A stretch of 44,020 nt of DNA. Source: Chiloscyllium plagiosum. Lineage: Eukaryota. The notes beneath the pieces were generated by a model. It searched no databases and was not told where the DNA came from. It was given only the letters and a program-made list of their open reading frames with translations. Positions 11,765 through 24,769 of this stretch are shown in pieces. Numbering within the stretch: position 1 is the first letter of the stretch; each line of letters opens with the position of its first letter. The stretch lies in contig NC_057759.1 of the NCBI RefSeq assembly GCF_004010195.1, forward strand, positions 900,112 to 944,131, written 5' to 3'. A program made the translations under genes and the position numbers.

Positions 11765-12020
11765 AGAGCAATATTAGGCCATTCAGCTCATTGAGTCTGC
11801 TCCGCCATTTGATTGTAGCTCACATGTTTCTCCTGCCTTCTCTCTGCAACATTTAATCCGTTTAATCAAGAACCTATCTATCACTGGCTTAAATACACTC
11901 AATGACTTGTCCTATGGAGGCCTCTTCGGCAATATGTTCCACAGATTCACCTGCTTCTGGCTGAACAAAATTCCCCTCATCTCATTTCTACAGTGCTGTC
12001 CTTCACTGTACCTCTGGGTC
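11765..12020 (-). mobile_element. CR1 3' end, decayed
   Basis: aggccattcagctcattgagtctgctccgccatt...ttccacagattcac. Confidence 0.65.
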
Positions 12021-12877
12021 CGATTCTACCGACAATCACAGCACGTTTTACTTCTGTGATGGGTGCTCATCACACACGGTACTTGTTCCTCCAGGTCAAG
12101 AGATTTGCTTAATGTGAAAATTTAAATACACATGATATTAGTGATTTTGAAACCAGAGTCCAGACTGCCAAGTTTTTACCTCCACTATTTAAACCTAAGA
12201 ATAGATACGGTCAAGTGTGAGAGCTGGATACCAGCTTTTGCTTGTTAGTCTATTATTTTCTTCCTCGTATATTTGGCATTACCTGGGTTTTGTGCCTTTC
12301 AGTTTTAAACTTGCTATAGCTGCTCCTTTTAATTGTTGTTTGCAAAAATGCCCAGATGGTGAGCTTTGCAGTATTACATAAATCATGTGCACTTTAATGG
12401 CTTTTACCTCATACTGGTTTTCATTCAAACCTGCATACGTATGGAGCCATTAATTTATTGGCGAATTTGGCAGAATTTGCAAAGAAATCAAAAAGTCTTT
12501 GCAAACTCTTATCGATTATTTCTAGTTTGAAATTTAAAGCAAGCCATCGAAAAAATCTGTTATAAATATCATGAAGACGGAATGAGTACTTTTAAAATGT
12601 ACAAATAACATGAGAGCATATGCAACGAAATGATGCATAGGTCATACTTGCAGAATGAGATTGGGAAGGGTTGGTGGTGACCAACAACAGAAAAGTACAT
12701 TTTTGCTTCAAGAGACTATTTACGAGCAGTTAAGTATACGCATTTGTTTCGAACACTTCTTAAACGTTCTGTTGGTGGCTGTTTCAGAACTCCAGCACCC
12801 ATCCATTGCTCTTTGTCCTGTTTTATTTTGCAACCTTGGAGAGGCTTCAAAGAAAATGGCATAAAGCCAGGTAAATA

Positions 12878-13002
12878 CCTGAAGAAGGGCTTATGCCCGA
12901 AACGTCGATTCTCCTGTTCCTGGATGCTGCCTGTCCTGCTGCGCTTTTCCAGCAACACATTTTCAGCTCTGATCTCCAGCATCTGCAGCCCTCACTTTCT
13001 CT
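12878..13002 (+). mobile_element. Penelope-like 3' terminal repeat starting at a hammerhead core
   Basis: CTGAAGA-agggc ttat gccc-GAAAC-GTC (12879-12906), followed by ...gatctccagcatctgcagccctcactttctc. Confidence 0.85.
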
Positions 13003-13574
13003 CAAAGGACAAATTGCCTTCCTTCAATTGGATAGGTACGAGATGATGGAATTTCCCTTTTTATGAAGAAATCCATTTTGACAGGATATTGGTTGGAACT
13101 ACTCAATGCCACAGCTGTTCTAAGAGAAGAAACGAGAATTGCATAGTTTCCGCTTGGGGGAATTGCAAGAATCATGATTGCAAACTGAACGGAGAAGGTA
13201 GAATTGAGCAAACTTTTTTTTTCCATTCTACAACAGGTTAGGAAGTGGAACGTTTGCCTTTTGCAAAAATATAATATCCATTTGTGGCTTTCAACAGTTA
13301 CATAGACAAGCTACCGAGAAGAGTATTCATATTAAAGAAACAACAATTGCCATTTGGAATATACAAACTGATTTCCTGTGAGAGACAACTGAAACATCTT
13401 GCCGAAGGACCATAATTTGTACTTTAATAATTCTGCAGTCCCATAAAGGAGTTCATCATTTTCACTTTCTTCAAATTATTTGCCCTGTTGATTATGCCAC
13501 CTCATTCGTTAATGGCTTTGAGCGAAGAAAATCCAAGGTTCTTACCTGGTCTAACAAACAGAAGGTGGCAAGGT

Positions 13575-13835
13575 TTAAGAACTAAACGAGGCCATTCAGC
13601 CCATCAGACATGCTCTGCGAGTATCTCATGGCTGAAATGTTTCTTAACTCCATTCTCCTGCCTTCTCTATGTAAGCCTTGATTCACTCACCAATCAAGAT
13701 CCTATTTGTCTCTGTCTTAAAGGCACTCAATATCTTGACCTCCACGGCTCTGTGCAGCAAAAAATATTGCACAGAATCACATCCATCCGGCCAAATAAAT
13801 TCATGCTTATCTCCATTTTACTAGGTTGGTCCTTT
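13575..13835 (-). mobile_element. CR1 3' end, decayed
   Basis: gaggccattcagcccatcagacatgctctg... CR1 tail pattern. Confidence 0.6.
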
Positions 13836-13889
13836 CACACAGAAAGTGCTGGAGAAAGTCAGCAGATATTGCAACATCTGTAGAGAGAG

Positions 13890-14055
13890 ATAGTGCTTGC
13901 CATGCTGCTTGTCAGCCCAAATCTGGATATTGTCGTGATCTCCTTGATATTGAACAGTATCAGAACAGTGGTGTATGGTGCTGATCATAGTGTAATCGTC
14001 GGCAAACATCCCACTCCTGACCTTATGCTGTAGGGAAGGGCAAGGATGAATGTGC
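13890..14055 (-). mobile_element. LINE reverse-transcriptase fragment (family distinct from the HER1-like CR1)
   Basis: ORF 13821..14114 contains VRSGMFADDYTMISTI...NIQIWADK (FADD catalytic motif). Confidence 0.75.
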
Positions 14056-14402
14056 TGAATTGAATGTATTATTAAAACCAGCAACATGAATAATTTAGCC
14101 AGTGTTCTGATCATTGAATTGAAGGTAAAAGGGAGCTAATTTATTCAGATGAAATGTTATGAAGGTAAAATGTTATTAAAATGAGATCGATATGGATGAT
14201 GTATAACAAAATATGATCAGGTTATAATTAACATGTGTCAGAACAGAAAGACTGCCTCGGAGTTCCGTTAGACAACTGCGGTTCTATTTTCAGTGCTCCA
14301 CATTTCTGGCTATCATCACTGAAGGAAAACTTCAATAGACACTGAACATTAAGAAGGAGCTAGGACAATATCATTTTCCAATATACTTCACATTGTACAT
14401 AC

Positions 14403-14880
14403 TGTTGTGGTTCTGTTCGCCGAGCTGGAAGTTTTTGTTGCAAACGTTTCGTCCCCTGGCTAGGCGACATCATCAGTGCTTGGGAGCCTCCTGCGAAGTG
14501 CTTCTTTGATGTTTCCTCCGGTGTTTATAGTGGTCTGTCCCTGCCGCTTCCGGTTGTCAGTTTCAGCTGTCCGCTGTAGTGGTTGGTATATTGGGTCCAG
14601 GTCGATGTATTTGTTGATGGAGTTTGTGGATGAATGCCATGCCTCTAGGAATTCCCTGGCAGTTCTCTGTCTGGCTTGCCCTATGATAGTAGTGTTGTCC
14701 CAGTCGAATTCATGTTGCTTGTTGTCTGCGTGTGTGGCCACTAAGGATAGCTGGTCGTGTCGTTTCATGGCTAGTTGATGTTCATGTATGCGGATTGTTA
14801 GCTGTCTTCCTGTTTGTCCTATATAGTATTTAGTGCAGTCCTTGCATGGTATTTTGTACACTACATTCGTCTTGCTCATT
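14403..14880 (-). mobile_element. 5'-truncated Penelope-like element (Poseidon/Penelope-type) with open GIY-YIG endonuclease frame
   Basis: NVVYKIPCKDCTKYYIGQTGRQLTIRIHEH...AREFLEAWHS..SINK, an uninterrupted GIY-YIG domain followed by a terminal repeat with a hammerhead motif. Confidence 0.92.
14440..14479 (-). ncRNA. Minimal type I hammerhead ribozyme motif
   Basis: Minus strand gca-CTGATGA-t-gtcgcc tagcca ggggac-GAAAC-GTT-tgc: stem I GCA/UGC, ACGU stem III, GUU triplet. Confidence 0.75.
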
Positions 14881-15109
14881 CTAAAAACAAACCTAGATTT
14901 CTCAGGGAAATGGATAAACACACTCTCAAATGTGGAATGTACAATCAGCTTTTTTTCCTCAAGTTTGTTCCTCAAATTTATAATAGCATATAATACAGCA
15001 TTTCAAATTTGACAAATTACAATGGTTTAAACTCAATATCGTCCTTTCAATGGTCCCGGTGTAACTACAGAAAATGGAGTGTTGAAGAGGCAGCCATAAC
15101 TGGGACTCA

Positions 15110-15145
15110 CATGGGCAGCCCCAGCCATAACTGGGGCTGCCCATG
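15110..15145. repeat. Perfect 15-bp-arm hairpin
   Basis: catgggcagccccag-ccataa-ctggggctgcccatg. Confidence 0.9.
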
Positions 15146-15184
15146 GTGACCCCTTAGATCTGGAGGAAGTGGGAGGATTCAAAG

Positions 15185-15765
15185 GATTCTGCCAACTTGT
15201 GGAACCTTTCAGACAACATCTCTGGGAGACCCACACTAAACAACCCCACCGCCCTGTGGCTGAAAACATTAGCTCCCCCATCCATTCCATCAAGGGCGTG
15301 GAAGTCCTGGTCCCCCTCTGCTGCCAAACACTAGCCACCGGACACCTGGAGCAAGGCCTCCTCATCTTTCGCCTTGGGACTCTCCAACCATACACGATTT
15401 CACGAGTTTCTTCATTTGAACTCCCTCCACCAACTCAGATCACACTCAGCACAGTCTTCTTGAACTGTCCTATCTGTCCATGTTCCTGCCCACCTATCTG
15501 CTCCACCTCCTCTCCGACCTAACACTTTCTCCCCGCCTTCATCTACCAATCCAATTCCCACCTACCTCCCCCACCCCCCACCCCCAGCCTCTTCCCTCTC
15601 CCATTTATCCATCAGTTCCCTTAGGTCATCTCCTCATTCTTGATTAAGAACTTATGCTCGAAACGTCGACTGTCCTGCTCCTCGGATGCTGCCTGGCTGG
15701 CTGTGCATTTGCAGCACCGTACTCTTCGACTCAACTCTTCAGCATCTCCACTCTTCACTTCTTTC
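15185..15765 (+). mobile_element. Penelope-like (Neptune-type) 3' fragment: GIY-YIG end, C-rich UTR, terminal repeat
   Basis: LVEPFRQHLWETHTKQPHRPVAENISSP...EQGLLIFRLGTLQP, with a decayed hammerhead at about 15636-15672. Confidence 0.85.
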
Positions 15766-16321
15766 ATTTTTCAATCTAACATATTGTGCCTTTTCATGTA
15801 ATAAGTTTGAATTTGCCAATTACTGCTGTGTCCCGTTACTGTTCCTTGTAATTTCCCTATGTCAACTTATCTTTTATTAAGTACCTTTTAACACTTAGGG
15901 CTTTAAATGAATTCCTTGTGCTTTTGGAGATAATTCATGTTTCATATTCTTTTTCATGGTAATTGGCATTAATGAAACATTTTCTTCACGACAGCTGCAC
16001 TATTAATTTGTTCTTGCTCGTTATTTTACACGAAATAAAATGGAAATGTGCATGATCAGAGATTTCTCAACATGTTGCAGTATGCTCAATGTATCACCAG
16101 GCTCTTCACATTTTGTGTAGTCTCACAGAAAGATAAATTGAACCTAAATGCCTAACATTGTTTACCAATCCGTCCTGCCCACTGATAATGTCTGTTCCTG
16201 GTTGGGATGTCAAATCTTTAACTGACCACAAACATCTCCCAAAGAAAGGAAGTAAGCATAGATGTAATGAATGCATCAGCAGATATTTTACAACATTACA
16301 TAGATTCTGCTAAAGGTATTT

Positions 16322-18692
16322 TGCTATGGATCAGGCCAGACCAACTCAAAACAATTTAAGAATACAGCCCAGATCCTAAGTATTATTCTTTTTAGGCAGA
16401 TGTAAAGCAAATATTATGGATGTTGTGTGGCTCGTCAACCACTCAGCTTTAGACAAAACAGGATTTATTTAAACACTACGAATGAGACACGAACAAAAGA
16501 AGACCGAGTTTAGACCAACTTGACTTATTTGATAACCCAACTGATTCTATCGCAATTCAACGAATCTCGTCCAATCCTGCAACATGCCTTAAACGCAGAT
16601 CTTGGCAAACTGATAAAATTTATTCTTATAAAAGACGCAAGTTCGTAACTGGAGAAAGGATTGGTCCACTAAAAGATAGTGAAGGAAGACTGTGTGCAGA
16701 ACCTGAGAGAATGGGTGAGATTCTGAATGATTACTTTGCATCAGTGTTCACTGAGGAGAGGAACATGATGAATCTTGAAATTAGAGATAGAAGTTTGATT
16801 GGTCTGGATCACGTTGGCATAAGTAGGTAAGATGTGTTGCGTATGCTACAGGTTAAAAGATGGGCATATCCCTAGGACCAGAAGGCATCTATACCAGGTT
16901 TCTGAGAGAGGCAAGAGAGGAAATAGCTGGCGCCCTGACAGCTACCTTTGTATCCTTCAATACAAGTGAGGTGCTGGAGGACTGAAAGTTTGCTCATATT
17001 GTCCCACTGCACAAGAATGGTGGTAGGGATATTCCAGGTAACCAGTGAGCCTGAAGTCTGTGGGGGCGGGGAAGTATCTGGAGGGGGTACTGAGAGATAC
17101 GATCTATTTATATTTGGAAAGGAATGAGCTTATCGGTGATGGGCAACATGGTTTTGTGCGGGGAAGATCGTGCCTTACCAACTTGATAGAGTTCTTCAAG
17201 GAAATGAACAAGTTGTTAGATGAAGGAAGGGCTGTTGATGTCATATACATAGACTTTACTAAGGCGTTTGATAACGTTCCCCATTGGAGACTAATGGAGA
17301 AAGTGAAGTCACATGGTATGCAGGGTATTCTAGCTAGGTGGATAAAGAACTGGTTGAGCAACAGCAGACAGAGAGTAGTAGTTGAAGGGATTTTCTCGAA
17401 ATGGAGAAAGGTGAACAATGGTGTTGCACAGGGGTCAGTATTCGGGCCACTGTTGTTTGTAATATACATAAATGATCTAGAAGAGGGCATTGTCGTTATG
17501 ATCAGCAAGTTTGCAGATGGCACACAGATTGGTGGAGTAGCAGAAAGCATAAGGGACTGTCAGAGAATACAGGAGGATATAGATAGACTGGAGAGTTGGG
17601 TGGAAAAGTGGCAGATGGCTTTCAATCCAGACAAATGTGAGGTGATGCATTTAGACAAGTCTAATTCTAGAGCGAAGTATGCAATGAATGGAAGAACCTT
17701 GGGAAAAGTTGATGGGCAGAGAGATCTGGGAGTGCAGGTCCATTGTGCCCTGAAGGTTGCTTCGCAGGTGGGTAGAGTGTTCAAGAAGGCATATAGTACG
17801 CTTGTCTTCATTGGACGGGGTATTGAGTATAAGAGCTGGCAAGTCATGATAAAATTCTACAAGACGGTAGTTTGGCCGCATTTAGAATACTGTGTACAGT
17901 TCTGGTCGCCTCATTACCAAAATGATGTGGACGCTTTGGAGAGGGTGCAGAGAAGGTTTACGAGGATGTTGCCTGGTATGGATGGTGCTAGCTATGAAGA
18001 GAGGTTTAGTAGGTTAAGTTTATTTTCTTTAGAAAAAAAGGAGATGGGGGGACCTGATTGAGGTTTACAAAACCATGAAGGGTATAGACAGGGTGGATAG
18101 AGACAAGCTTATTCCCAGGGTGAAGGATTCAATGACGAGAGGTCATGCTTTCAAAGTAAGAGGTGGAAAGTTTGAGGGGGATACACGCGGTAAGTACTTC
18201 ACACAGAGGGTGGTGGGCGTTTGGAACGCGTTGCCAGCAGAGGTGGTAGAGGCAGGCATGGTAGATTCATTTAAGACGCTTTTGGACAGATGCCTGAGTA
18301 GGTGGGAAACAGAGGGATACAGATGCTTAGGAATTGGGCGACAGGTTTTGACAGTACATTTGGATAGGCTCAGGCTTGGAGGGCCCAAGGGCCTGTTCCT
18401 GGGCTGTAAAGTTTCTTTGTTATTTGTTCTAAACACAGGTTCTTACAGGCAACTGAGTTTTCAGAGAGAAGGTTCAGGAAAGATCTTTGTTGAAGCATGT
18501 AACTGCTTCTCTCAGTCCTCAGCAGATTTTTGGCTGGTTTCTAAAACAAACCAGCTAAAAATAAAATAACTGGCTGAACTGCCATTGTTCTAAATAACCT
18601 TTCCCAAACAGCTGGTCACCTCTGCCTTTAAGACCGTTTTTGAAAAAAACCAAAGGACACAATGACCTTATTAAAGGGGCAGCATCGTCACA
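16322..18692 (-). mobile_element. Gypsy-type solo LTR split by a CR1 insertion (LTR parts about 16322-16625 and 18430-18692)
   Basis: The minus strand starts TGTGACGATG and ends ggtctggcctgatccatagCA, resembling the LTR end ggtctggtctataaCA at 19902-19917. No clean TSD. Confidence 0.5.
16628..18430 (+). mobile_element. 5'-truncated CR1 (HER1-like) LINE, RT domain to 3' tail
   Basis: ORF 17045..18061 has QHGF..GRSCLTNL, DFTKAFD, GVAQGSVFGPLLF, FADG (catalytic D>G) and PHLEYCVQFWSP. A frameshift leads to 18075+ (FTQRVVGVWNALP). Tail ttctttgttatttgttct. Confidence 0.95.
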
Positions 18693-18829
18693 GTGTGCAG
18701 ATCAGGCAGAAATGTGTAGTTGGTTTGTTTTAGTGTCAGTGAGGGAAATGTTAGAATACATTGCAAAGGCTGACTTAATCGGGCACTTACTGTGATGAAA
18801 TCTTCAACTGAGGTCTGTTCTGCTGGTTC

Positions 18830-19308
18830 ACTTATACAGTCACAGAGTGATACAGCAGAGAAACCAACCTTTCTGTACAACCAGTCCATACTGATTATAA
18901 TCCCAAACTAAACTATTCAAAACTGCCCGTGGGCCATATCCTTGCAAACATTTCTTAAAATGTATTTATCTAAATGTCTTTTAAACGTTGTAACTATACC
19001 CGCATCCATTACTTCCTCTGGAAGTTCATTACAATCACGAACATACTCCGTTTAAAGAAGAGTGAACCCATGTCTTCTTTTATAAATCTTTCACCTCTCA
19101 CCTTAAAAAATATGTTCCTTAGTCTGAAATACCAGAACCAAGAGAACAAGATACCTGGAATTCGCCTCATTATTACGTGTAATGATTTTATAAAGCCCCA
19201 CAGGTCACCTCTCTACCTTTTTTGCTGCAGTCGAATGACTCCCAGACTATCCAGCCTCTATTTGTATCTGAAACACTCCATTCTCGGCATATCCTGGTAA
19301 ATCTGTTC
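18830..19308 (-). mobile_element. CR1 LINE 3' end
   Basis: cagtcacagagtgatacagcagagaaacc tail and the reverse complement of an RLRGDL-type segment (caggtcacctctctacc). Confidence 0.7.
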
Positions 19309-19309
19309 T

Positions 19310-19436
19310 GAGGAGAATATATGGACTGCAGATACTGGAGATCAGAATCGAAGAGTGTGGTGGTGGAAAAGCACAGTCTTTCAGGCAGCACCCGATCAGC
19401 AGGAGAATCGACGTTCCGAAAATAAGCCCTTCATCC
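19310..19436 (-). mobile_element. Penelope-like terminal repeat fragment
   Basis: Diverged reverse complement of 12878-13002. Confidence 0.75.
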
Positions 19437-19439
19437 TCA

Positions 19440-22400
19440 AGTTTTGCTGCCAGTTAGTGAGAGTTTTCTGTTAACTTTTGATGCACAGTTGTGACTGTCT
19501 GGCTGTGAGAGTGAAAAGTTAGACAGCAGGACTTCCTTTTAAATATCAAAAGGGTCAGATTGTTTCATTCCGCCAGACTGGGAAGGATGCAGAACAAGAA
19601 AAACAAAATTGAATGTCTTGCTGAGTTAGAGTTTTGTCAAAGGGAGTGTTTGATGGACGATGTCTACACTGGAACAGTTGATGATTAGTTGTTAAAAAAT
19701 ACATTACCTTGCTAAGTACTTCAATTGATTTAAAGTTGTGTCTTCTGTTGGTATATTAACTGTGCAATAAGCATAAAATGTGTTTTTATTAAAGACTCAT
19801 CGTGGACCACTGAATCATAACTGGAAGCTACTACATTTAAATAAATGAAAAACTTACAGTCTAGGCTATGTAATGAAAACAATTTGGGGGATATGGGTTC
19901 TGGTCTGGTCTATAACAAAACGGGAATCTGGTCTGGAATCAATGTCTCTAATTCAAGATTGGAGTCTGGACTTTTGAATATAAAGACCTTTAGTGGTCCG
20001 GGTTGGAACTCTATTTTCTTGCGTAGATTTCGCCTGATTCATACGGTTAGTGCCTTGAAAAAGTCAGTAGAAATGTCGGCTTACTTGTAAAACGTGATGA
20101 AGGCAGACATTCTTAAATTGGCAAATAAGCTGGAGATAGAGTTGCCTGTCTTCACATGGAAAGAGGGGGGTTATTGCTGCAACAGATTAGCGTTTGGAAT
20201 TGCCAGAAATGCATGCAGAGCTATTAAAAATAGCTAAAATTCATTTGCAAATGAAACCGCTTGAATTCCAAGCGAAAGCAAGGGGAAAGCAAAAGAATGA
20301 ATAACCTAAACGTAAAAATACAGAAACAAACAAATAAACGTAAAAGAAGGAATGGAGGAAGACAGAACTGGAAAGTCAAGACCGACTTAACAAAGTGGGA
20401 GGTAAAATTAACAGTTGGGAGTAGTGACGAGAGCAACGATGAACAGGAAAACTATCGTAACCAAAAGACTGCATGGGATCTGTTTAAATACACATAAATG
20501 CTGTCAAGGTTCGAATAGAGGGAATTGTTTTTTTTCCAGTTCGTTTGAGAAAATGGCTAGATAAATCAAATGTCCACTGAATATTTGGATATTGTTGATT
20601 GAAATAAAATTTGGGAGGTAGTGCAAATGTGGTGGTTGCCTCACCGAAATGGCAGGTAGCTGTGAAGCATGATGAGGCGAAAGAAAGAAATGATTTTAAG
20701 CGTTTATGAAGTCATTCCAGAAGTTTACAGACAATGTCTTTGTAATCTAAAGAAGGAATTTGCTCAGGCATACACAAAATTTGAAAATTTCAAACAATGT
20801 AACTTTGAAAGCTGGATAAAGTCATTGAAAATAGTTCAGATTGCATGACCAACTTAGCGAGACTGTTACTTTAGAGAAGTTCAAATAATCATTGCCTGAA
20901 CCGGTAAGAAGCTCTGTGGAAGTGCAAAGGGTTGAAACAACAAGTTTCTCTGCAGAGATGAAAAATGATAATGAGCTTGTTCATTGCTTAAAGTTTTACC
21001 ACAGGAATTTCAACCAGTCATGGCCAGAAATTGTGGTAAAGAGACAACCTCAGGTGGTAAAGGAAAATAAGACAACTATGATGACAGCAAGAATAGGTTA
21101 CCACAGGTTAAAAAAAGTAGGTGAGGGTATTAGAGAAGGAAAAAAATAGATTCTCAGATATTTTCTCTGTAATACAGTTGAAGCATGCGTCACAGTTAAC
21201 ATGATTTTAAAAAGGCACTGGGAAAACTGAAGTGTTTAAGCAGAATAAGACAGTGAGGTTTGTTAAAGCTGGAAGATAAAGCACAGGGAAAGTGGAAAAT
21301 CTGCATTTGTATGGTTATGGTTTAATCATGTGTATCAGGAAACAAGTAAATAAATTGTAATTCAACGGATATGGAGCAAAGAAATCTTTAATGGTGAGAG
21401 ACCACGAGATATCGTAATTCAGAAGATTATTGGCAGAAAAAGGTGGTAATACGTGAAATTGCACAAGGTGAGTTAAGAGAGTATAAGTGAAAAGTAATGA
21501 TGTGACAGTAGCAAAATTTTGGGATTCTCTGTTCCAAAAATACAGTTTAACCTTGTTAATGATATACCAGGAGCTGTTTCGAGGTGGGAGTGATGACTAC
21601 TGTGATTATAATGCCTGTGTAAGATCAAGCAACACAAGTGTTACAGGAAGCATATCCAGGGTTTTAATTCCTGTCTGTGTGGAAAAGGGTCAGAAAGCCT
21701 TGTGTCAAAATGGGAATTAAATTCCAAGAGTAAAATTAGGAAGGTGAAGTTCCATGATCAGACACCACTTTTTTGATCAAGTGAATGAGAAGAAGACAAA
21801 AGAACAAGCGAAAGCCAGATTGGGCAATATAGCTCAGAGAAGGCAGGTGAATTGCAACAGAGAGACGGAAAGATAAAGCATACATAGAAGACGAATCCGA
21901 GTGTATCCCGGAATGTTGCTGCCTTAAAATGACATTTTGATGAGGAAGTGGAGGCCATTATGTTTTAAGTTGGATAAACAGAAGCTCATAAACTTGCATT
22001 ATCTGTGGGTGAGAGAAAGGGGGTCTTACTAGTTACAACATGAGTTACCAGTAGGAGTAAGAAAAACTCAACCAAGATGCAAAACAATTCAGTTGCCTGG
22101 AATGATAACAACGTATTTGAATTTTAATGAACTCATCACACGTGTCAGATAATAGGGAAAACTCAGGCACTGATAAAAGGAACACCCCTAATACGCATTC
22201 CAGCAATTTGCAAGACGCATCCTTGATTGTTTAGAACCCTTCGTTAAAGCAGAAAAAAGAGTGAATAAATAGTTATTGATGGTAAAAGATATGACCACTA
22301 GATTTCCATAGGGATTTTTATTACACAATGCCACAGCTAAAGGGATTGTCAAAACGTTTCAATTTTCTTTTTTCCTGTGTGCAGATTCCCCACAGAAATA

Positions 22401-23000
22401 GGGTCAAATTATTCCATGAAGGTATTCAAGGACATTATGGATACCTTAGTAGTTAAATAATTGAAATTAACTGCGTACTATATATAATCGTAAGGAACAT
22501 CAGAACAGTGGCAGCAAACTTCAAAGTATATATAGACGGTCGACAGTCAAGAGAACCCAAAGGTCTGGGGTAAAGAAATTCAAATGTACTTGCTGAAAAT
22601 CGGATGCACATAATGAGTCAAATAAATTCAGTCCAACTGAATTAGATGTTTTTGGACGTTATGTGAAGAAGCACATAAATAAAATGAGGAAAGATTCGGG
22701 AGCCAGAGTTCAGACACTACATTATTGGGCTTGGTGTCACATTTTACGGAGACTCTAAATAGAGTGGGCAAATTGGCAAGACAGCATTTAAAAATAGAAC
22801 ACCGATTAATGTAACAGGAGGCAGGAAAGAGATCAAAAAGTTGTAGTGTAGCAAGTTGGGGATAAATTGTTGGTATTATTCCATACATCTTTAGAAGCGA
22901 AGGACTTATCAAATCGAAAAAAGAAACTAATTGGTTTGAATTATTTGACGAGATGGAAAATTGTGTCATACTAATATGCTGAAGCAGTATTTTGTTAGGG
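19440..23000 (+). mobile_element. Decayed Gmr1-like Gypsy LTR retrotransposon: partial 5' LTR, PBS, SCAN-like gag, protease, integrase; RT absent
   Basis: The LTR ends tataaca at 19917, followed by a degenerate tRNA-Pro-like PBS. From 20693 it reads ILSVYEVIPEVYRQCLCNLKK..YTKFE..FESW. Near 21375 GAKKSLM. From 22040 to 22530 HELPVGVRKT, HTCQIIGK, DMTTRFP and AYY.*S*GTSEQWQQT. Near 22970 CHTNMLKQY. Confidence 0.85.
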
Positions 23001-24169
23001 ACAGAAATCAAAAGGACAATGTACTACTTGTTACAAGTCCGAGTGTATAAAACTGACTTGAACGTTCAGGGTAGGATTCAAATGCTGTACCTATCCATAA
23101 AAAGAGAGGAGTATTCCTGTCTCTTGCTGAAAATGGTCAGCATGCTAAGTCCAAAAGACTGAACCGCATATTTCATAATTCCAGCATCGTAATAGCTCCT
23201 GTACTGGTTTGCTTGGGATTTCCAGAAAACTTAACTGGTTCTAACTTTGTTGTATTTACACTGGCTGTGCTGTACCAGAATCTGTGCTGGTGGAACACTC
23301 ACTCTTACCAATTCAATTGAATATTCCAGTGTTAATCCAGTTCGTTTCTTTCTGCCAAAATAAAATGCTTATACAACACTCTGCTGCTTTACCCTACCTC
23401 AAATAGAGCCCAAACGCTCATAAGACCAACGTGTAATGATTGGCTTTGGACCTCATTCTCACCCACCTGATTTTAAAGGTCTGCCCCTCGTATCCAAAGA
23501 CAACTCATTGTGGATTGCCGTGTCATTAGACGCCGGATTAGACTCCAAGCAATCTCTGTCACAGCCGACCTCGATGCCTAAGAGAAGGAGCCTGTCTAAT
23601 GCTGGGAAGAAGTGTTGTTTTCAATTAGGAGATCACAGAAATTAACCCTGATGAAAAAGCAATGAGTTACCTACACCGATAAGGCTTACCTCCAACAATA
23701 GACTATTGATGCTTTGGGGAAATGGTTCACAACTTGCTTTTGAATAATTGCAAATTAAAAATATTATTGTAAGTATTTTAATGTTCTCGAATGTAGCTTT
23801 CAAAATATCGATTCTTAGAGATCTGGGCATGCTGCACTAAATCTCTGATATCAATTCATAAATCTTTGCTTTTAATTTTGCTTCTGGTGCTCGAAAATGA
23901 CTTTTTTTTTTTGTATTGTTAGACCACAGCCAAGGGCTAAACCATTCGATGTAACAACGCTCTGTGGCAAACCTCATCTCAAGAAGTCACAGATGGCAAG
24001 TAAAGCACACTCGTGCAACATCTATGGTTTTGGGAAGGTACTCAATCCCACACCGCTTCCATCAAATTTTCCAACTTGTGGCCAAAGCATTTGCATATCT
24101 TGAAAGTCCAAAGACACAAATACATACTTTTCATTTTTATCACTGATTTCTGCCTCTACCATCGTTATA

Positions 24170-24600
24170 TGTGGAGAGATCTATATACCATTCATGGTCT
24201 GTGTGCGAAGTCTTTTCCTAAGATGCCTTATTTGTCTCTTAACTTAAATCCATGTCTCTCTGGCGATCTTTATTTCAAAGATCAAAGTGACAAGCTTATT
24301 CCTGTGTACGCTATTTATGTCCTTCAGGATTTTGCTCATCTCAATAATATCCCCTCTGAATTTCTCCTGCAGTAACAAAAACAATCCCTGTCCGTCCATT
24401 CTCTCTTCGTGACTGAAGCATATTAACCCATACAATGTACTGTTTAACATCCTCTCCACCCTCACCGTTCACATGACATACTTTCAACTGTACGAATTCG
24501 AGAACTGGACATAACACTCTCGCTGTGACCTAACAATATTTTACACGATTTCCGTTTAATTTCCCTGGTCTTAAATTCTGCCCGTTGATTAATACATGTA
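24170..24600 (-). mobile_element. CR1 ORF2 C-terminal fragment
   Basis: ORF 24244..24465 reads GLFLLLQEKFRGDIIEMSKILKDINSV. Confidence 0.7.
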
Positions 24601-24769
24601 AATAGGAAATTTGCAGACTAAGATATGCTGCATTTGTGTTGTCGCTGACAATATTGCAAATTACTCGAGCAAGGATAAATTGTGAACATCATTTGCACTG
24701 AAAGGTGTTCCGTTTCCCTTTAAACACAACTTATGTTTTCGTATAACTCCCTGTGCATTCAGTCCAACA

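Noticed and set aside
12408..12430. Possible tyrosine-motif cytoplasmic mini-exon (LNENQYE) on the minus strand
   Set aside because: Weak acceptor and too short to support without transcript data.
17045..18061. Functional reverse transcriptase gene
   Set aside because: 5'-truncated, catalytic FADD mutated to FADG, and flanked by stops and frameshifts.
23082..23351. Small minus-strand AG..GT-bounded exon candidates (about 36 nt and 43 nt)
   Set aside because: No recognisable protein similarity, and such sites arise by chance.
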